Origin: a virus
Lineage: Duplodnaviria > Caudoviricetes
DNA length: 64,000 bases
Virus record (IMG/VR): IMGVR_UViG_3300020045_005903
Coordinates: 7,644-71,643 of that record
Reading direction: 5' to 3' (one strand)
A program made the translations under genes and the position numbers. Shown piece by piece: positions 43,486 to 53,223 of this stretch. Position 1 is the stretch's first letter. Each line of letters opens with the position of its first letter. The notes under the pieces were generated by a model. The model worked only from the letters and a program-made list of their open reading frames with translations, was not told the DNA's origin and did no database searches.

Positions 43486-43700
43486 GCCACAAATCCACCT
43501 ACTGTAGCGCTTACCCCTGCTGTTAAAATAGTTCTTTTACCTAAAGACGTATTTCTATCTGCTTCCAAAATAAATAATTGGTCTTCGTGTCCATCTAATT
43601 TCTTAGCGTGGTTTTCTTGATGTACCAAATACCTAGCCAACTCAACTTTTAATTCGGTTACGCTGTCGTAAATTTTATTTATTTTATCTTCAGTTGTCAT
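43458..43700 (-). CDS. Holin-like protein (coiled coil plus C-terminal TM)
   Basis: Adjacent to endolysin; single C-terminal TM. Confidence 0.5.
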   Translation of the reverse strand: MTTEDKINKIYDSVTELKVELARYLVHQENHAKKLDGHEDQLFILEADRNTSLGKRTILTAGVSATVGGFVAWLVKHFSI

Positions 43701-44050
43701 TACGCCGCAGGTTGTTCGATTGGTTTATCTTCTACTTTTATTGAAGGAGTTCCTTTTATTTTAGATAGTCCATTTGAAATATCCCCAAAAGAATAAATTC
43801 CAACCAAAATACCTCCATAAATTAACCAAAATCCTACTAAATATAATCCTGCGCTCATAGTGAAGTTTTCTTTTGCAATCATATCGTGGCTCATTTTAGC
43901 TCCCTCAAATGTCGCAAAACAAAATCCTAATTTCTTTAAGGAATATCCGCTTTCATCCATTGTTAAGGCTTGAAATAATCTTGCTATAACGGCAGGAAAG
44001 AATAATAATTTTAATATTCCTTTGTATAAGTTTGATAAAAAGTTAATCAT
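43700..44050 (-). CDS. Membrane protein, possible holin
   Basis: Hydrophobic segments; in lysis cluster. Confidence 0.45.
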   Translation of the reverse strand: MINFLSNLYKGILKLLFFPAVIARLFQALTMDESGYSLKKLGFCFATFEGAKMSHDMIAKENFTMSAGLYLVGFWLIYGGILVGIYSFGDISNGLSKIKGTPSIKVEDKPIEQPAA

Positions 44051-44060
44051 AATTTTAGTT

Positions 44061-44366
44061 TTAATTTGTTCCTAAATTTTCGTAAGTTCCAATACTCATT
44101 ACTACTATCGCAAATCCTACACAAGTTCCCCAAAGTGTAGCTAACATATCCTCCCAATTAAATGTACCTTTTTTCATCCACTTATCCCAAATAAATTCTT
44201 TAGCTAATCCTGCAAGGTTTCCAATTACAAAACCGAATGTTGGGAATACTAAAAAATTTGAGTCAATAAACTTGTACAATAGTAATCCGCTTATTACGGT
44301 AATTAATATTCCTGCCCAAATATGGAGTGTTTTATCTCCGAATTTATCTGATAGTTTTTTTAGCAT
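44061..44366 (-). CDS. Multi-TM membrane protein
   Basis: DKTLHIWAG..AKEFIWD..EDMLATLWG; three hydrophobic segments. Confidence 0.65.
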   Translation of the reverse strand: MLKKLSDKFGDKTLHIWAGILITVISGLLLYKFIDSNFLVFPTFGFVIGNLAGLAKEFIWDKWMKKGTFNWEDMLATLWGTCVGFAIVVMSIGTYENLGTN

Positions 44367-44417
44367 ATTGTTTTATTTAAGTGAAGGATAAAAGGATTAT
44401 GAGTAGGGTTAAACGCA

Positions 44418-45455
44418 TTAGGTTCTACGTTTAAACCATAAAGTTAAACCCATAAATAATAGCGTTGGATTAGTTGCAAAGTTTGCGCATACTAATTTAA
44501 TATTTTCTGTATCACTAGCAGAGAAATCTTGGCTTAATCCTGTCGCACTAAAAGTGTTTGTACCTGAACCACTTGAAAACGTTATCACACTACTAAGAGT
44601 ATAATTTGTAGTTCCATTAATTGATAAAGTCGATGTTTCACCCGTAGATGCCGCACCATTTATATACGTATTCCATTCCCAACTAACTAATGTGCAATTT
44701 GAAGGAATTCTTACTTTTCCAAAATCAACCGTTAATTGTGGAATTTGGGTATTACCTATGTAATAAGTTGCATTATCAGCTAATGTAGAAGCGCTATTGC
44801 AATTAAATGTCATGGGAAACACCGCATCACTAAGCACCGCCACCGTTCCCGTATTGCCTCCTGTTAAGCCTGCCCCTCCTAAAGATAATGAACTAGATAT
44901 GCTTGCATTTCCTGTTATACTTAATGTTTCAGTAGGTGCTACTACTGAACCTACTCTTAAGGGTCTTAAAATATGCCCCGTTGTATTATTTAAATTACTT
45001 AAAACGGTGCTTGAATTAAATCTAAAATTAAATTCCCCCGCCGTATTAAAATCAAAAGTTTCGTTTGTGTTGTGATGTTTAATACTATAATTTGTTGAAC
45101 TTGGCGTTACATTATCCAACCATATTGCTGGGTTACCTGCCAAAGCCTCCCCAATATCAATAGTGCTTGTGCCTTTAACCATTCTAAAAGAACTTAACGA
45201 ACTTGTTGGTAAAGCACCAATCCCAACACTGTTACTAAACAAAGCATTACCAACTAGTGAGCTAGTCCCCGTAACCGAAAGAGTACCCTTTGCTATCACA
45301 TCGCTTCCTGTTATTGCCCCTGCGCTTAATGTCTGAACGCCTAAATTTAAGCTATAGGTTGCAGGATTTTCAAGTTGCTTAATCTTAATCTTTGTTGTCT
45401 GTCCTAATCCAACTAGACTAGAGCAAATTAATAATATTGATAATAGTTTTTTCAT
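44418..45455 (-). CDS. Fibre-like protein with N-terminal signal peptide
   Basis: MKKLLSILLICSSLVGLG-Q; LSVTG/LSITGN beta-helix-like repeats. Confidence 0.55.
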   Translation of the reverse strand: MKKLLSILLICSSLVGLGQTTKIKIKQLENPATYSLNLGVQTLSAGAITGSDVIAKGTLSVTGTSSLVGNALFSNSVGIGALPTSSLSSFRMVKGTSTIDIGEALAGNPAIWLDNVTPSSTNYSIKHHNTNETFDFNTAGEFNFRFNSSTVLSNLNNTTGHILRPLRVGSVVAPTETLSITGNASISSSLSLGGAGLTGGNTGTVAVLSDAVFPMTFNCNSASTLADNATYYIGNTQIPQLTVDFGKVRIPSNCTLVSWEWNTYINGAASTGETSTLSINGTTNYTLSSVITFSSGSGTNTFSATGLSQDFSASDTENIKLVCANFATNPTLLFMGLTLWFKRRT

Positions 45456-45467
45456 GTTTCTTAGTTT

Positions 45468-45746
45468 TTAATATTTATACACTGCAGTTATATAGTCTGC
45501 CGCCGGAGTAAAACTCACAAACGTCACTACATTTGTAGCCACCGTATAATCAGTGGTTTTTGTTAATCTCTGTCCATTTAAATAAACCCCAAACACGAAT
45601 GTAGGAGTTTGAGTTAATGTCATTGTAGCCCCCGTAACAGTTTGAGCGTCTTCGTCAAATTGAGCAGAAGAAGTAACTAAATTAGTAATAGCCACCTTTA
45701 GTCTGTCAATAGCGTGAATTAACCACGTAATTTTTTCTGCTTCCAT
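45468..45746 (-). CDS. Small structural/hypothetical protein
   Basis: VYLNGQRLTKTTDYTV Ig-like motif. Confidence 0.6.
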   Translation of the reverse strand: MEAEKITWLIHAIDRLKVAITNLVTSSAQFDEDAQTVTGATMTLTQTPTFVFGVYLNGQRLTKTTDYTVATNVVTFVSFTPAADYITAVYKY

Positions 45747-45748
45747 AA

Positions 45749-45817
45749 TTATCCTCCTGCAGCTTTAGTACAAGCGTCAATAGCGTGTATGATTTGCATT
45801 AATTGTTCTGCTGACAT
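45749..45817 (-). CDS. 22-aa mini-ORF paralogous to the N-terminus of the next gene
   Basis: MSAEQLMQIIHAIDACTKAAGG vs MEAEKITWLIHAIDRLK. Confidence 0.4.
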   Translation of the reverse strand: MSAEQLMQIIHAIDACTKAAGG

Positions 45818-45831
45818 AATTTAAATATTTT

Positions 45832-45861
45832 AAAAAGAGGGTAGTTTTTAAGCCACCCTCT
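45832..45861 (-). terminator. Rho-independent terminator
   Basis: AGAGGGT/ACCCTCT stem with T run on - strand. Confidence 0.6.
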
Positions 45862-45874
45862 AAATTGTTAGTTG

Positions 45875-46582
45875 TTAGTTGCTGAATAAAGTGGCTTGTG
45901 TTCCGCTTGCTCCAACAGTGAACCCTGTTACGAGCCATTGTGTTGCTGAAATACACTCTACCGTAATAACGCCGCCAGGCAAACCACCAGTGGTAGTTCC
46001 GTTCATTGTCATTGTTTTGTTAGCTGTTGACGTTCCAAAGAAGGTGTCATTTGTAGCATTAACAACGCTAAGTGTAGAATAAACTCCACCCAAAAAAACA
46101 TCGGTACCCGTTGTGTTTATAATCTGTGCGGTAGCTATTGTGGTTGTAACAAACCTGTATTTCAATCCAACGTTTGTTGCTGAACACGCAGGAAGTGTAA
46201 CTGTAATTGCAGCGGCAGCAAAAGTATAAGTGCTTCCGCTAGTTAGCGCAGTAATGGCAGGAGTCGTTGCAGAAGTTAATGTGGCCCCCGAAACTATCAA
46301 TATAGGTGTTTTAATTCCTGTTCCCGCTCCATCCGTTCTTTCGGTAATAACATTTGAAGTTACTCCGTTAGCGTTAGAGAAAATCTCCGTTCCTGTGTGG
46401 GTGTTAGCTCCTGTAAAGGCGTTATTATTATCTAATATGTCAGTGGTTATTCCCGCTTGAATTGCAGCGTCCATCTGAGCTTTGTTAGTGGCTTCGTCGC
46501 CATAAACAGCAGTTGCCACCTTAACTCTCTTTAACACACTTCCCATTGGAGTAAGCGTATTATTTTTATTTCTAAAATTCAT
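45875..46582 (-). CDS. Head fibre/decoration-like protein
   Basis: Thr/Gly-rich; TVTLPA..GLKYRF..FLGG..NGTTTGG..WLVTG domain. Confidence 0.55.
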   Translation of the reverse strand: MNFRNKNNTLTPMGSVLKRVKVATAVYGDEATNKAQMDAAIQAGITTDILDNNNAFTGANTHTGTEIFSNANGVTSNVITERTDGAGTGIKTPILIVSGATLTSATTPAITALTSGSTYTFAAAAITVTLPACSATNVGLKYRFVTTTIATAQIINTTGTDVFLGGVYSTLSVVNATNDTFFGTSTANKTMTMNGTTTGGLPGGVITVECISATQWLVTGFTVGASGTQATLFSN

Positions 46583-46600
46583 TTTTATAGTTTTTTTTAT

Positions 46601-46638
46601 AAAAAAAGGGCGACGACTTTTGCCAACCGCCCTTTTTT
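46601..46638. terminator. Rho-independent terminator
   Basis: AAAAAAAGGGCG/CGCCCTTTTTT inverted repeat. Confidence 0.8.
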
Positions 46639-46653
46639 AAAGTTATTAATTAA

Positions 46654-48282
46654 TTAAGAAATCAAGTTATCATTTGCCACTGCAAAGAACTCGCTGATTA
46701 CTACTCCTGCGTTAGCGCTATTAATATTAACGTGTTGGAAGAATGGAATCATCTCGTCTGTTGCGTCAAATATTAACGCCGTAGTTCCTGCAGAATAAAC
46801 GGGATAAGACGTTCCGTTTACCTTACAAGTTACTGTTCCGTCAAGAGCTACTTTAACAATAAATAAAGCTGAAACTGCATTTACTAAAACGTCAGAAGAA
46901 ACTGTATTAACTGTAGCAGCATTGTTTAAAATACCTGCAGTTGCAATAGCTCCTAATGCTCCAGAAACTCTAGTTCCGATTGAAGCTAAATCAGTATAAT
47001 CATTGTAGTCAGCAGTATAGGCCGCTTTCTTACGGAAGCCTAACTGAAAGTGACTATTTAAGATGTCTGCCATAACCACTCTACCAACAACCATAAATGC
47101 TGTTTTACCAACAATAAATGATTGGTCGCATAAAGTTTGCTGACAAGCTGAATAATGCGCTCCTTCTGTAGCTGAATCGTCTTGGTCAATATTTAAACCT
47201 GTAGTGTCTAATAATGGAGCAAAAATTGTTTGCGTTCCAATGTTAGTGTGATTTAATGCACCGTAAGGACTTACAAAAAAGTCTAGTACATTAGCCGTTC
47301 CCGCAAGAGTTCCTACATAAGGAGTGATTCCTGTGTTAGCTTGCATAATGTATGGCTTATCAAACCACTCTTGAACGCAATTTGGATCTTCAGCAAATGT
47401 AGACACCATTAGTTTGTGCATAACTCTTTCAAATGCTTTAGATAAAGCTAAGTTAGTAGTTGCACTTCCTAATCCATTGTCATAGAATACTCTTTGAATA
47501 CTCTCTACATAAGCAAACTGTCCTGTTGCTTGGATAGCGTCCACAGATTTCATAGACTCAATAATGAAGCAATCATAATTCTGACCACTTGTTGCACCTA
47601 CTGGAGGATTAGCAAATGTTACAGGAGCATCGTCAATGATACCCGAAATTAAGTTACCGTAAACAAAGTCTACTACTGGTTTTTCTGCCAATAAATTAGC
47701 GCCTAAACCGAATGAATAAACTGCTGCAGTCGTAATAGATACTACTGAAGTGGCAAATCCTGTTCCGTCTCCGTTTGTTACTGCAAATACTGTGCTAGCA
47801 CCACGTACATTACTCATATTCTGAGCAAATACAGGGTAGTAACCAGCGTCATCTGTAACAGTGAATCCTGTTCCTGTTCCTAACGTTGCTGCAACTGAAT
47901 GATTGTTAGCGTCAGCATTGATTAATGCAATGATTTTAACGTTAATGTACTCGCGTTGTAAAGCCGCCGTTGCACCTTCTAATACTAGAGATGCTGTAGT
48001 GGTATAACTGTATGTCTTTTCAGACTCAGTATAACCTGCTTGTACGCGTAATGGATCATACACCGCTACAGTGTACTTAGTGCTTCCTGCTGGAGCTACT
48101 GTTGTAGAGATTGTAGCTACTTGAGATACCTCTGCTCTCGATTTTACCTGTCTGATTGAGGTTATGTCTTTTCTTGACACCACATTCAATCCAGCGATGG
48201 ATACGTCTCCACCACTGTACTGAACATCTGTCGCTGCCGACGCCTTTATCAGTACGGATTTTCTTTTTGGGTTACTTGCCAT
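46654..48282 (-). CDS. Putative auxiliary capsid/structural protein
   Basis: 542 aa, Ala/Thr/Val-rich, own promoter and terminator, near capsid genes. Confidence 0.55.
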   Translation of the reverse strand: MASNPKRKSVLIKASAATDVQYSGGDVSIAGLNVVSRKDITSIRQVKSRAEVSQVATISTTVAPAGSTKYTVAVYDPLRVQAGYTESEKTYSYTTTASLVLEGATAALQREYINVKIIALINADANNHSVAATLGTGTGFTVTDDAGYYPVFAQNMSNVRGASTVFAVTNGDGTGFATSVVSITTAAVYSFGLGANLLAEKPVVDFVYGNLISGIIDDAPVTFANPPVGATSGQNYDCFIIESMKSVDAIQATGQFAYVESIQRVFYDNGLGSATTNLALSKAFERVMHKLMVSTFAEDPNCVQEWFDKPYIMQANTGITPYVGTLAGTANVLDFFVSPYGALNHTNIGTQTIFAPLLDTTGLNIDQDDSATEGAHYSACQQTLCDQSFIVGKTAFMVVGRVVMADILNSHFQLGFRKKAAYTADYNDYTDLASIGTRVSGALGAIATAGILNNAATVNTVSSDVLVNAVSALFIVKVALDGTVTCKVNGTSYPVYSAGTTALIFDATDEMIPFFQHVNINSANAGVVISEFFAVANDNLIS

Positions 48283-48370
48283 GATTTTTTATTTTTTTAA
48301 GATTATTATGTTGTAAATATACCCTAAATCTTTATTTAGAATCATTATTGATAACAAAACTTATTAACAG

Positions 48371-49183
48371 TTAGCTTTTCTCAGCGCCTACGGCTTGTGC
48401 TTGTGGAATATTTCCCGAATTAGTCAATAGAATTTTTGAAGCTCGCAAACAAATTTCTTCGTGAGTCTTAGCCGGTAAGTCTATTGGATTTGTGAGCGAT
48501 TGTAAGATTACCTGTCCACTAGTGAGTGTTGCTCCTGTACCTGTAATAGTTGCTCCTATTGCATAAGTAACTGCGTTATAAACACTAATCTCTGTTGCTA
48601 AATAAGCTAGAGTGTTAGTTAATGTGCCTGCTGCAGCAATTAAATTAGCTTCTGTGCCTATAGAAAATGCTGTTGCTAGTCTAATAAAATCTAATGTTGC
48701 AGAAGTGAACGTGCCGCCAACTCCTCTATAAATAGTTAAACTACTTGTAGACTCATTAAAATATGGCTTCTCGTTTGTTGGATGTTTAAAACTATCTGAC
48801 AACAATGGCCCTAGCTCATTAAAATTAGTAGGTCTTGCGTATTCAGTAAATCCGTCAATCAAACAATTTAATGACAAGAATGTGTAATATGTTGCCGGTT
48901 GTGCTATCGAACTTGGCGTTGTAGAATAATATCTATTTGTTATTACTGTTCCGTTAGTGGGAGTAATAGTTGATGTTGAAATAAGTGTTTGTAAATTCTC
49001 TCTTATTAACTGAGTGAACTGTAGGTTTTGTGGGTCTCTATGTAATGGGTCGCCAACTTGTTCGTCAATAAAATAATAAATAGCATCGTTTACCGCCATT
49101 GTAATTTCGGCAAAAGAAAATCTTGCGTTACGAGTAACGTCATTATAGAAGTTTATTTGGTTTAATGTCTGGACTGAATTCAT
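48371..49183 (-). CDS. Head-tail ring protein (crAss-like)
   Basis: EITMAVNDAIYYFIDE and DLPAKTHEEI motifs; two genes after MCP. Confidence 0.55.
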   Translation of the reverse strand: MNSVQTLNQINFYNDVTRNARFSFAEITMAVNDAIYYFIDEQVGDPLHRDPQNLQFTQLIRENLQTLISTSTITPTNGTVITNRYYSTTPSSIAQPATYYTFLSLNCLIDGFTEYARPTNFNELGPLLSDSFKHPTNEKPYFNESTSSLTIYRGVGGTFTSATLDFIRLATAFSIGTEANLIAAAGTLTNTLAYLATEISVYNAVTYAIGATITGTGATLTSGQVILQSLTNPIDLPAKTHEEICLRASKILLTNSGNIPQAQAVGAEKS

Positions 49184-49198
49184 GCGATAAATATAAAT

Positions 49199-49226
49199 AA
49201 AAAAGGCGGGTTTTAATCCGCCTCTT
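49199..49226 (-). terminator. Rho-independent terminator
   Basis: AAAAGGCGG/CCGCCTCTT. Confidence 0.6.
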
Positions 49227-49230
49227 ACTA

Positions 49231-50400
49231 TTAGTTTTTAGTTAATGCCTTTTTTTCAGCAATTTTCTGCTTTAGTTTGTCTTTGGAGCGTATATTATGC
49301 GCGCCTTTAATATCTAATTGCTTAGCCTCTTTTAGAAGTTCTGCAAACTCGCTATCAATAGAAGTTAAGTCTTTATCTGACTGTAATTCTAAGGCTTTCT
49401 CATTAGCATCATACAAGGCTTTTTCTTTCGCCGCCAATTCTTTTTCAAGTTTAGCAATTCTAGCATTAGCCTCATCTGCTTCCAATGGAGCTTTTACAAC
49501 ACCCATAGATTTATCCCCTACCTCTTCTCCTCTTCTCGACAACGCGTCAATAGAAGTCATAGTTGTTGGGTGGTCTTTAAGATATTTTAATACCTCCGAC
49601 TCGCTAAATCCTAAACAAATACCATTGTAAGTTATGCCTGTGTCAAATGCTTCATTCACAACTCCCATAGATTTAGCCTTGTTTAATACGGTTAATTCCA
49701 CTCTTGTGTCTGAATTATGGACTGCCATAAATTCTTCTGATTTTGCTTCGGCGTATTTAATTACTTCTACGTGAAGTGCTGTTGGTGACAATAACTTAGT
49801 GTCAAATCCAAAGTTTCTAGCATAGTCTTCTAATTCCGTTCCAACTAAATCTTCAGCTATTTCTGTAGCTTTTTTCTTAGTTCTGCGGTTTAATAAGAAT
49901 GTCTCAGCCGCTTTTTCTTTGTCTATAGCTTTATAAGCACACTTTGTATTACCACTAAAATTTGGTGAATCAATATAATATGGCCCGCGCTTAAAACACG
50001 CCCACATCATTGCTTGGTCGCGAATAGATAAATCTAATATTTCTCCATCCTCAATAATTATTTTCTTCCAAAGAATTTGCTTAGTCTTTTGGTCAATCCC
50101 TACAGGAATACCAACTAATACATCTAATTTCTTGTCTCTAATAACTTTAAAACTATTATTACTAGAATGTCTTAATCCCGTTTTGTCTTTCGCCCACGCA
50201 ACTCGCATTGGCTCCAACTCTACTAATCCGAAATCTGGACAGTATTTTGGATTATCTAAATTTAAAATTCTGTGTTCGATACCATTACCGTCTTTCAGAA
50301 CTTTATAATCTTCGCCCTCAATGGCTTCTACGTTCCCTTCAGAGCCTCTCGCTCCGGAATTTTCTCTCGTAGAGGAATTTTTAAATAAGTTTAAACTCAT
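49231..50400 (-). CDS. Conserved protein downstream of major capsid gene
   Basis: 389 aa with C-terminal coiled coil; crAss-like synteny. Confidence 0.6.
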   Translation of the reverse strand: MSLNLFKNSSTRENSGARGSEGNVEAIEGEDYKVLKDGNGIEHRILNLDNPKYCPDFGLVELEPMRVAWAKDKTGLRHSSNNSFKVIRDKKLDVLVGIPVGIDQKTKQILWKKIIIEDGEILDLSIRDQAMMWACFKRGPYYIDSPNFSGNTKCAYKAIDKEKAAETFLLNRRTKKKATEIAEDLVGTELEDYARNFGFDTKLLSPTALHVEVIKYAEAKSEEFMAVHNSDTRVELTVLNKAKSMGVVNEAFDTGITYNGICLGFSESEVLKYLKDHPTTMTSIDALSRRGEEVGDKSMGVVKAPLEADEANARIAKLEKELAAKEKALYDANEKALELQSDKDLTSIDSEFAELLKEAKQLDIKGAHNIRSKDKLKQKIAEKKALTKN

Positions 50401-50467
50401 TTTTTTTGTTTGTTTTGTTATTAAAAAGGGAGCAAGTGTTTCTCGCCCCCTCGCTATTGATTAAAAA

Positions 50468-51958
50468 TTAAACTGGATAAATAACTCCGCAAGTTTGTGT
50501 GTTAAACACTACTAACATATCCTGCTTCAAAATCGCAAATTTCATTGCGTCTTCTTCAGTCAATGTCATTTCGCTAGCACCAGTCAAACCGTTAAGTTTA
50601 GCTTGTACCATTGCGCGATTAACTCCATTTGCAGCTTTGTGGAAAATCTCCATGTTCTTACTGTTACCGTTATTGATTGTCATAACAAATACAGTAGAAG
50701 ACATTTTAATTCCGCTATTGTCAGCCATACGCTCAGTAAAGATTTGATCGTCGTCAAACAATGGGTGCTTACAGATAATTCCTTTGTTACCATTAATGTT
50801 AATAGCAGCAAAATTATATCCTACGTTTACCGCAGCTCCACCAGGTTTACCGTCTTGAGTAATGTTATCCATAAATTGGATATTTTGATTACCTGCCAAG
50901 TTAACCGCTTCTGTTTGGAAGTTAGCATAACCGTCTGTTCCTGTAATATAAATAAATTCAAATCCTGAGATTTTATCACCTTTTTTCTCTAAGGTCTTAT
51001 TCATATCGCTGTAATCAGAAAGAGTAGGTTGTCCGTTAACTCCACTTGCAGTTAATACGTTTCCGCCTGCTACTTGCTCTTCCCATCCGTCTCCGGCTGT
51101 GATAGGCAATCCTGTTTCAGGGTCAGTTAAACGAGATACTGCGCGAAGTGTTCCGTCAGCATTTTTCATACTAGATACACCAAATAATTTTTGACGCTCG
51201 TTCTCAACGCTAAATTTGGCTTGTTGTTGGTGTAATTCTTCGTACATCCAACCGTTAGCTTCTTTACCCGATACTGAAGTGTACTTGTACCAAAGCTTAG
51301 TGCTTGACGCGTCTCCTGTAATACCAACCGTACTTCTTTGAGTAGTCATGTGGTTGATAAACATATCAGGGAATTTAGAATCACCATATCCTTTTAAAGA
51401 TTTCTCTCCAAAAGATGAGTAAACTCCAAAACAAGTTTTAGTTCCGCTTTGTCCTGCAACGTGAGTAGCCCAAACAAATAAGTCTCCACTTGGAGATTGG
51501 AAGTCATAAATAAATCCGCTTGCAGAATTTCCGCGTGGCTGACTTACTACTTGTGCGATAAAGCGTCCACCGTTAAACATACATACCATACCTTTGTTAA
51601 GGTGACGGTCTGCCATACGTAAAATAAATGACCCGTCTGCTAATGTAGCTCCAATTTGAGCTGTAATAACTGAAGGCTTTTCGATACGACCCATAATACG
51701 AAACTGATAACCATTGTTACCGATACCTGTACCTTTAGTGTCTACGTTAGGAATTTTTGTTGCTTCGTCGTTGTTAATTCCATAAGGAGTAACTACGCCT
51801 GAAGTTAATAATGTTGTTAGATTTCTACGATTTGCATAGTCTAGCATTTCGCGGATTTCTGGAAACTGAGCTTGATTTGCAATCAAGTCGTTATGAACTG
51901 TAGCTGTTTCCGTGTAGCCGCCAGTTGTAATTGTTATTCTACCTCTATTTGAAGCCAT
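50468..51958 (-). CDS. Major capsid protein (crAss-like)
   Basis: 496 aa; position after portal and acidic scaffold-like gene; followed by hairpin. Confidence 0.75.
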   Translation of the reverse strand: MASNRGRITITTGGYTETATVHNDLIANQAQFPEIREMLDYANRRNLTTLLTSGVVTPYGINNDEATKIPNVDTKGTGIGNNGYQFRIMGRIEKPSVITAQIGATLADGSFILRMADRHLNKGMVCMFNGGRFIAQVVSQPRGNSASGFIYDFQSPSGDLFVWATHVAGQSGTKTCFGVYSSFGEKSLKGYGDSKFPDMFINHMTTQRSTVGITGDASSTKLWYKYTSVSGKEANGWMYEELHQQQAKFSVENERQKLFGVSSMKNADGTLRAVSRLTDPETGLPITAGDGWEEQVAGGNVLTASGVNGQPTLSDYSDMNKTLEKKGDKISGFEFIYITGTDGYANFQTEAVNLAGNQNIQFMDNITQDGKPGGAAVNVGYNFAAININGNKGIICKHPLFDDDQIFTERMADNSGIKMSSTVFVMTINNGNSKNMEIFHKAANGVNRAMVQAKLNGLTGASEMTLTEEDAMKFAILKQDMLVVFNTQTCGVIYPV

Positions 51959-51990
51959 GATTTTTTTTGTTTTTTGAGATTAAAAAATTA

Positions 51991-53133
51991 TTATTTTTTA
52001 AAATCTTCACTTAATGCTCCCCAAGGGTTGTCTGTTGGTTGTTTACTTGTATCTACCTTTTGCCCCGCTCCAGTAACGAGTGGAGGTATGTTTAAGAGCT
52101 TGTTGGTAGCCTCTTTCTTAGCCGTCTCAGAAGCCTTGTTCTGAATATGCTTAGTGAGTTTTTCCTGCATCTCTTTTTGAAATATAAACTGTGCCTTACT
52201 TGTTGGACTGCTCAAATCATTATCATACAATCCATTGTTGTATTTCATAATGAAAGCTTCTGTTGCCTCTTTTGAAACCTTGAACCCCATATACTCTGAA
52301 ATCTTGTTCATAGCATCTATTACTTGGGTGCGCTCTTGAGTTTTTTGATGTAACATCGCGTTTTGTTTGTCCGACTCGTATTTTTGTAGGTACTGCTTTC
52401 TTTCTTCTACTATTTGTGCTTTTTCTCTGTTAATATAAATTCTTAGCTTATCAGATTCTAACTTTAGCTTATCAGGACTTTCTGATAGTTTCTCCATCAT
52501 ATCGTCAATGATTGCGGGAGTTAAGTCTGTTTGTAGCTCTAGGTCTGCGCGAACTAATGCCGCGTCATCCATAGCTAAATAAGCGTCTAATTCCCTTGTT
52601 GGTTGTAATACTGTCTCTGCAGACATTCCCATTTCCATTAGCTTTAATGCTGTGGCTACTTCGGGTTTTACGTTAGATAAAACTGTGTCTAGTGTTACAT
52701 TCTGCAATTTCTCTAGCTCTGTTCTTGGAACAAATGCTTTTTGAAATGCTTCGGGTGACTCGTCCGCCAAATCAATTTTGAATAAATCGTGGGCCAAAGC
52801 TTTAAATGTTCCGTCCTCGTAAGTTTGAGGAACGTCAGATACATCGTCAGCTTTAAATTCTAAAGCTCCGCTTTCTGCGTCTTCGGGTTTAACTTCCTCA
52901 GTTTTAACTTCAGGCTTAACTTCGTCTGTCTTAGCTTCGGGCTTTACTTCCTCTGCTTTAGCTTCGGGTTTAACCTCTTCGATTTTAATTTCTTCGGGTT
53001 TGTTTTCTTCAATAACGGGAGCTGCTTCTGTTGGTGTGACTACGACTTGCGAAAAGTCTGATAGCGCTGACCAATCTGCTTTTACGCTTCCCGCGTTAGT
53101 CGTCTCGACCACAGTTGTTTCAGTATTTTCCAT
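51991..53133 (-). CDS. Acidic scaffold-like protein with EVKPE repeats
   Basis: EEVKPEAK-type tandem repeats; between portal and MCP. Confidence 0.55.
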   Translation of the reverse strand: MENTETTVVETTNAGSVKADWSALSDFSQVVVTPTEAAPVIEENKPEEIKIEEVKPEAKAEEVKPEAKTDEVKPEVKTEEVKPEDAESGALEFKADDVSDVPQTYEDGTFKALAHDLFKIDLADESPEAFQKAFVPRTELEKLQNVTLDTVLSNVKPEVATALKLMEMGMSAETVLQPTRELDAYLAMDDAALVRADLELQTDLTPAIIDDMMEKLSESPDKLKLESDKLRIYINREKAQIVEERKQYLQKYESDKQNAMLHQKTQERTQVIDAMNKISEYMGFKVSKEATEAFIMKYNNGLYDNDLSSPTSKAQFIFQKEMQEKLTKHIQNKASETAKKEATNKLLNIPPLVTGAGQKVDTSKQPTDNPWGALSEDFKK

Positions 53134-53223
53134 TTTTAATTAGATTAATTTGGGTAAATATACCTAATTAAGAATGATTCTAAATAAGAATAAGTAATAA
53201 AAGAATGCCTAAGTTATTAACAA

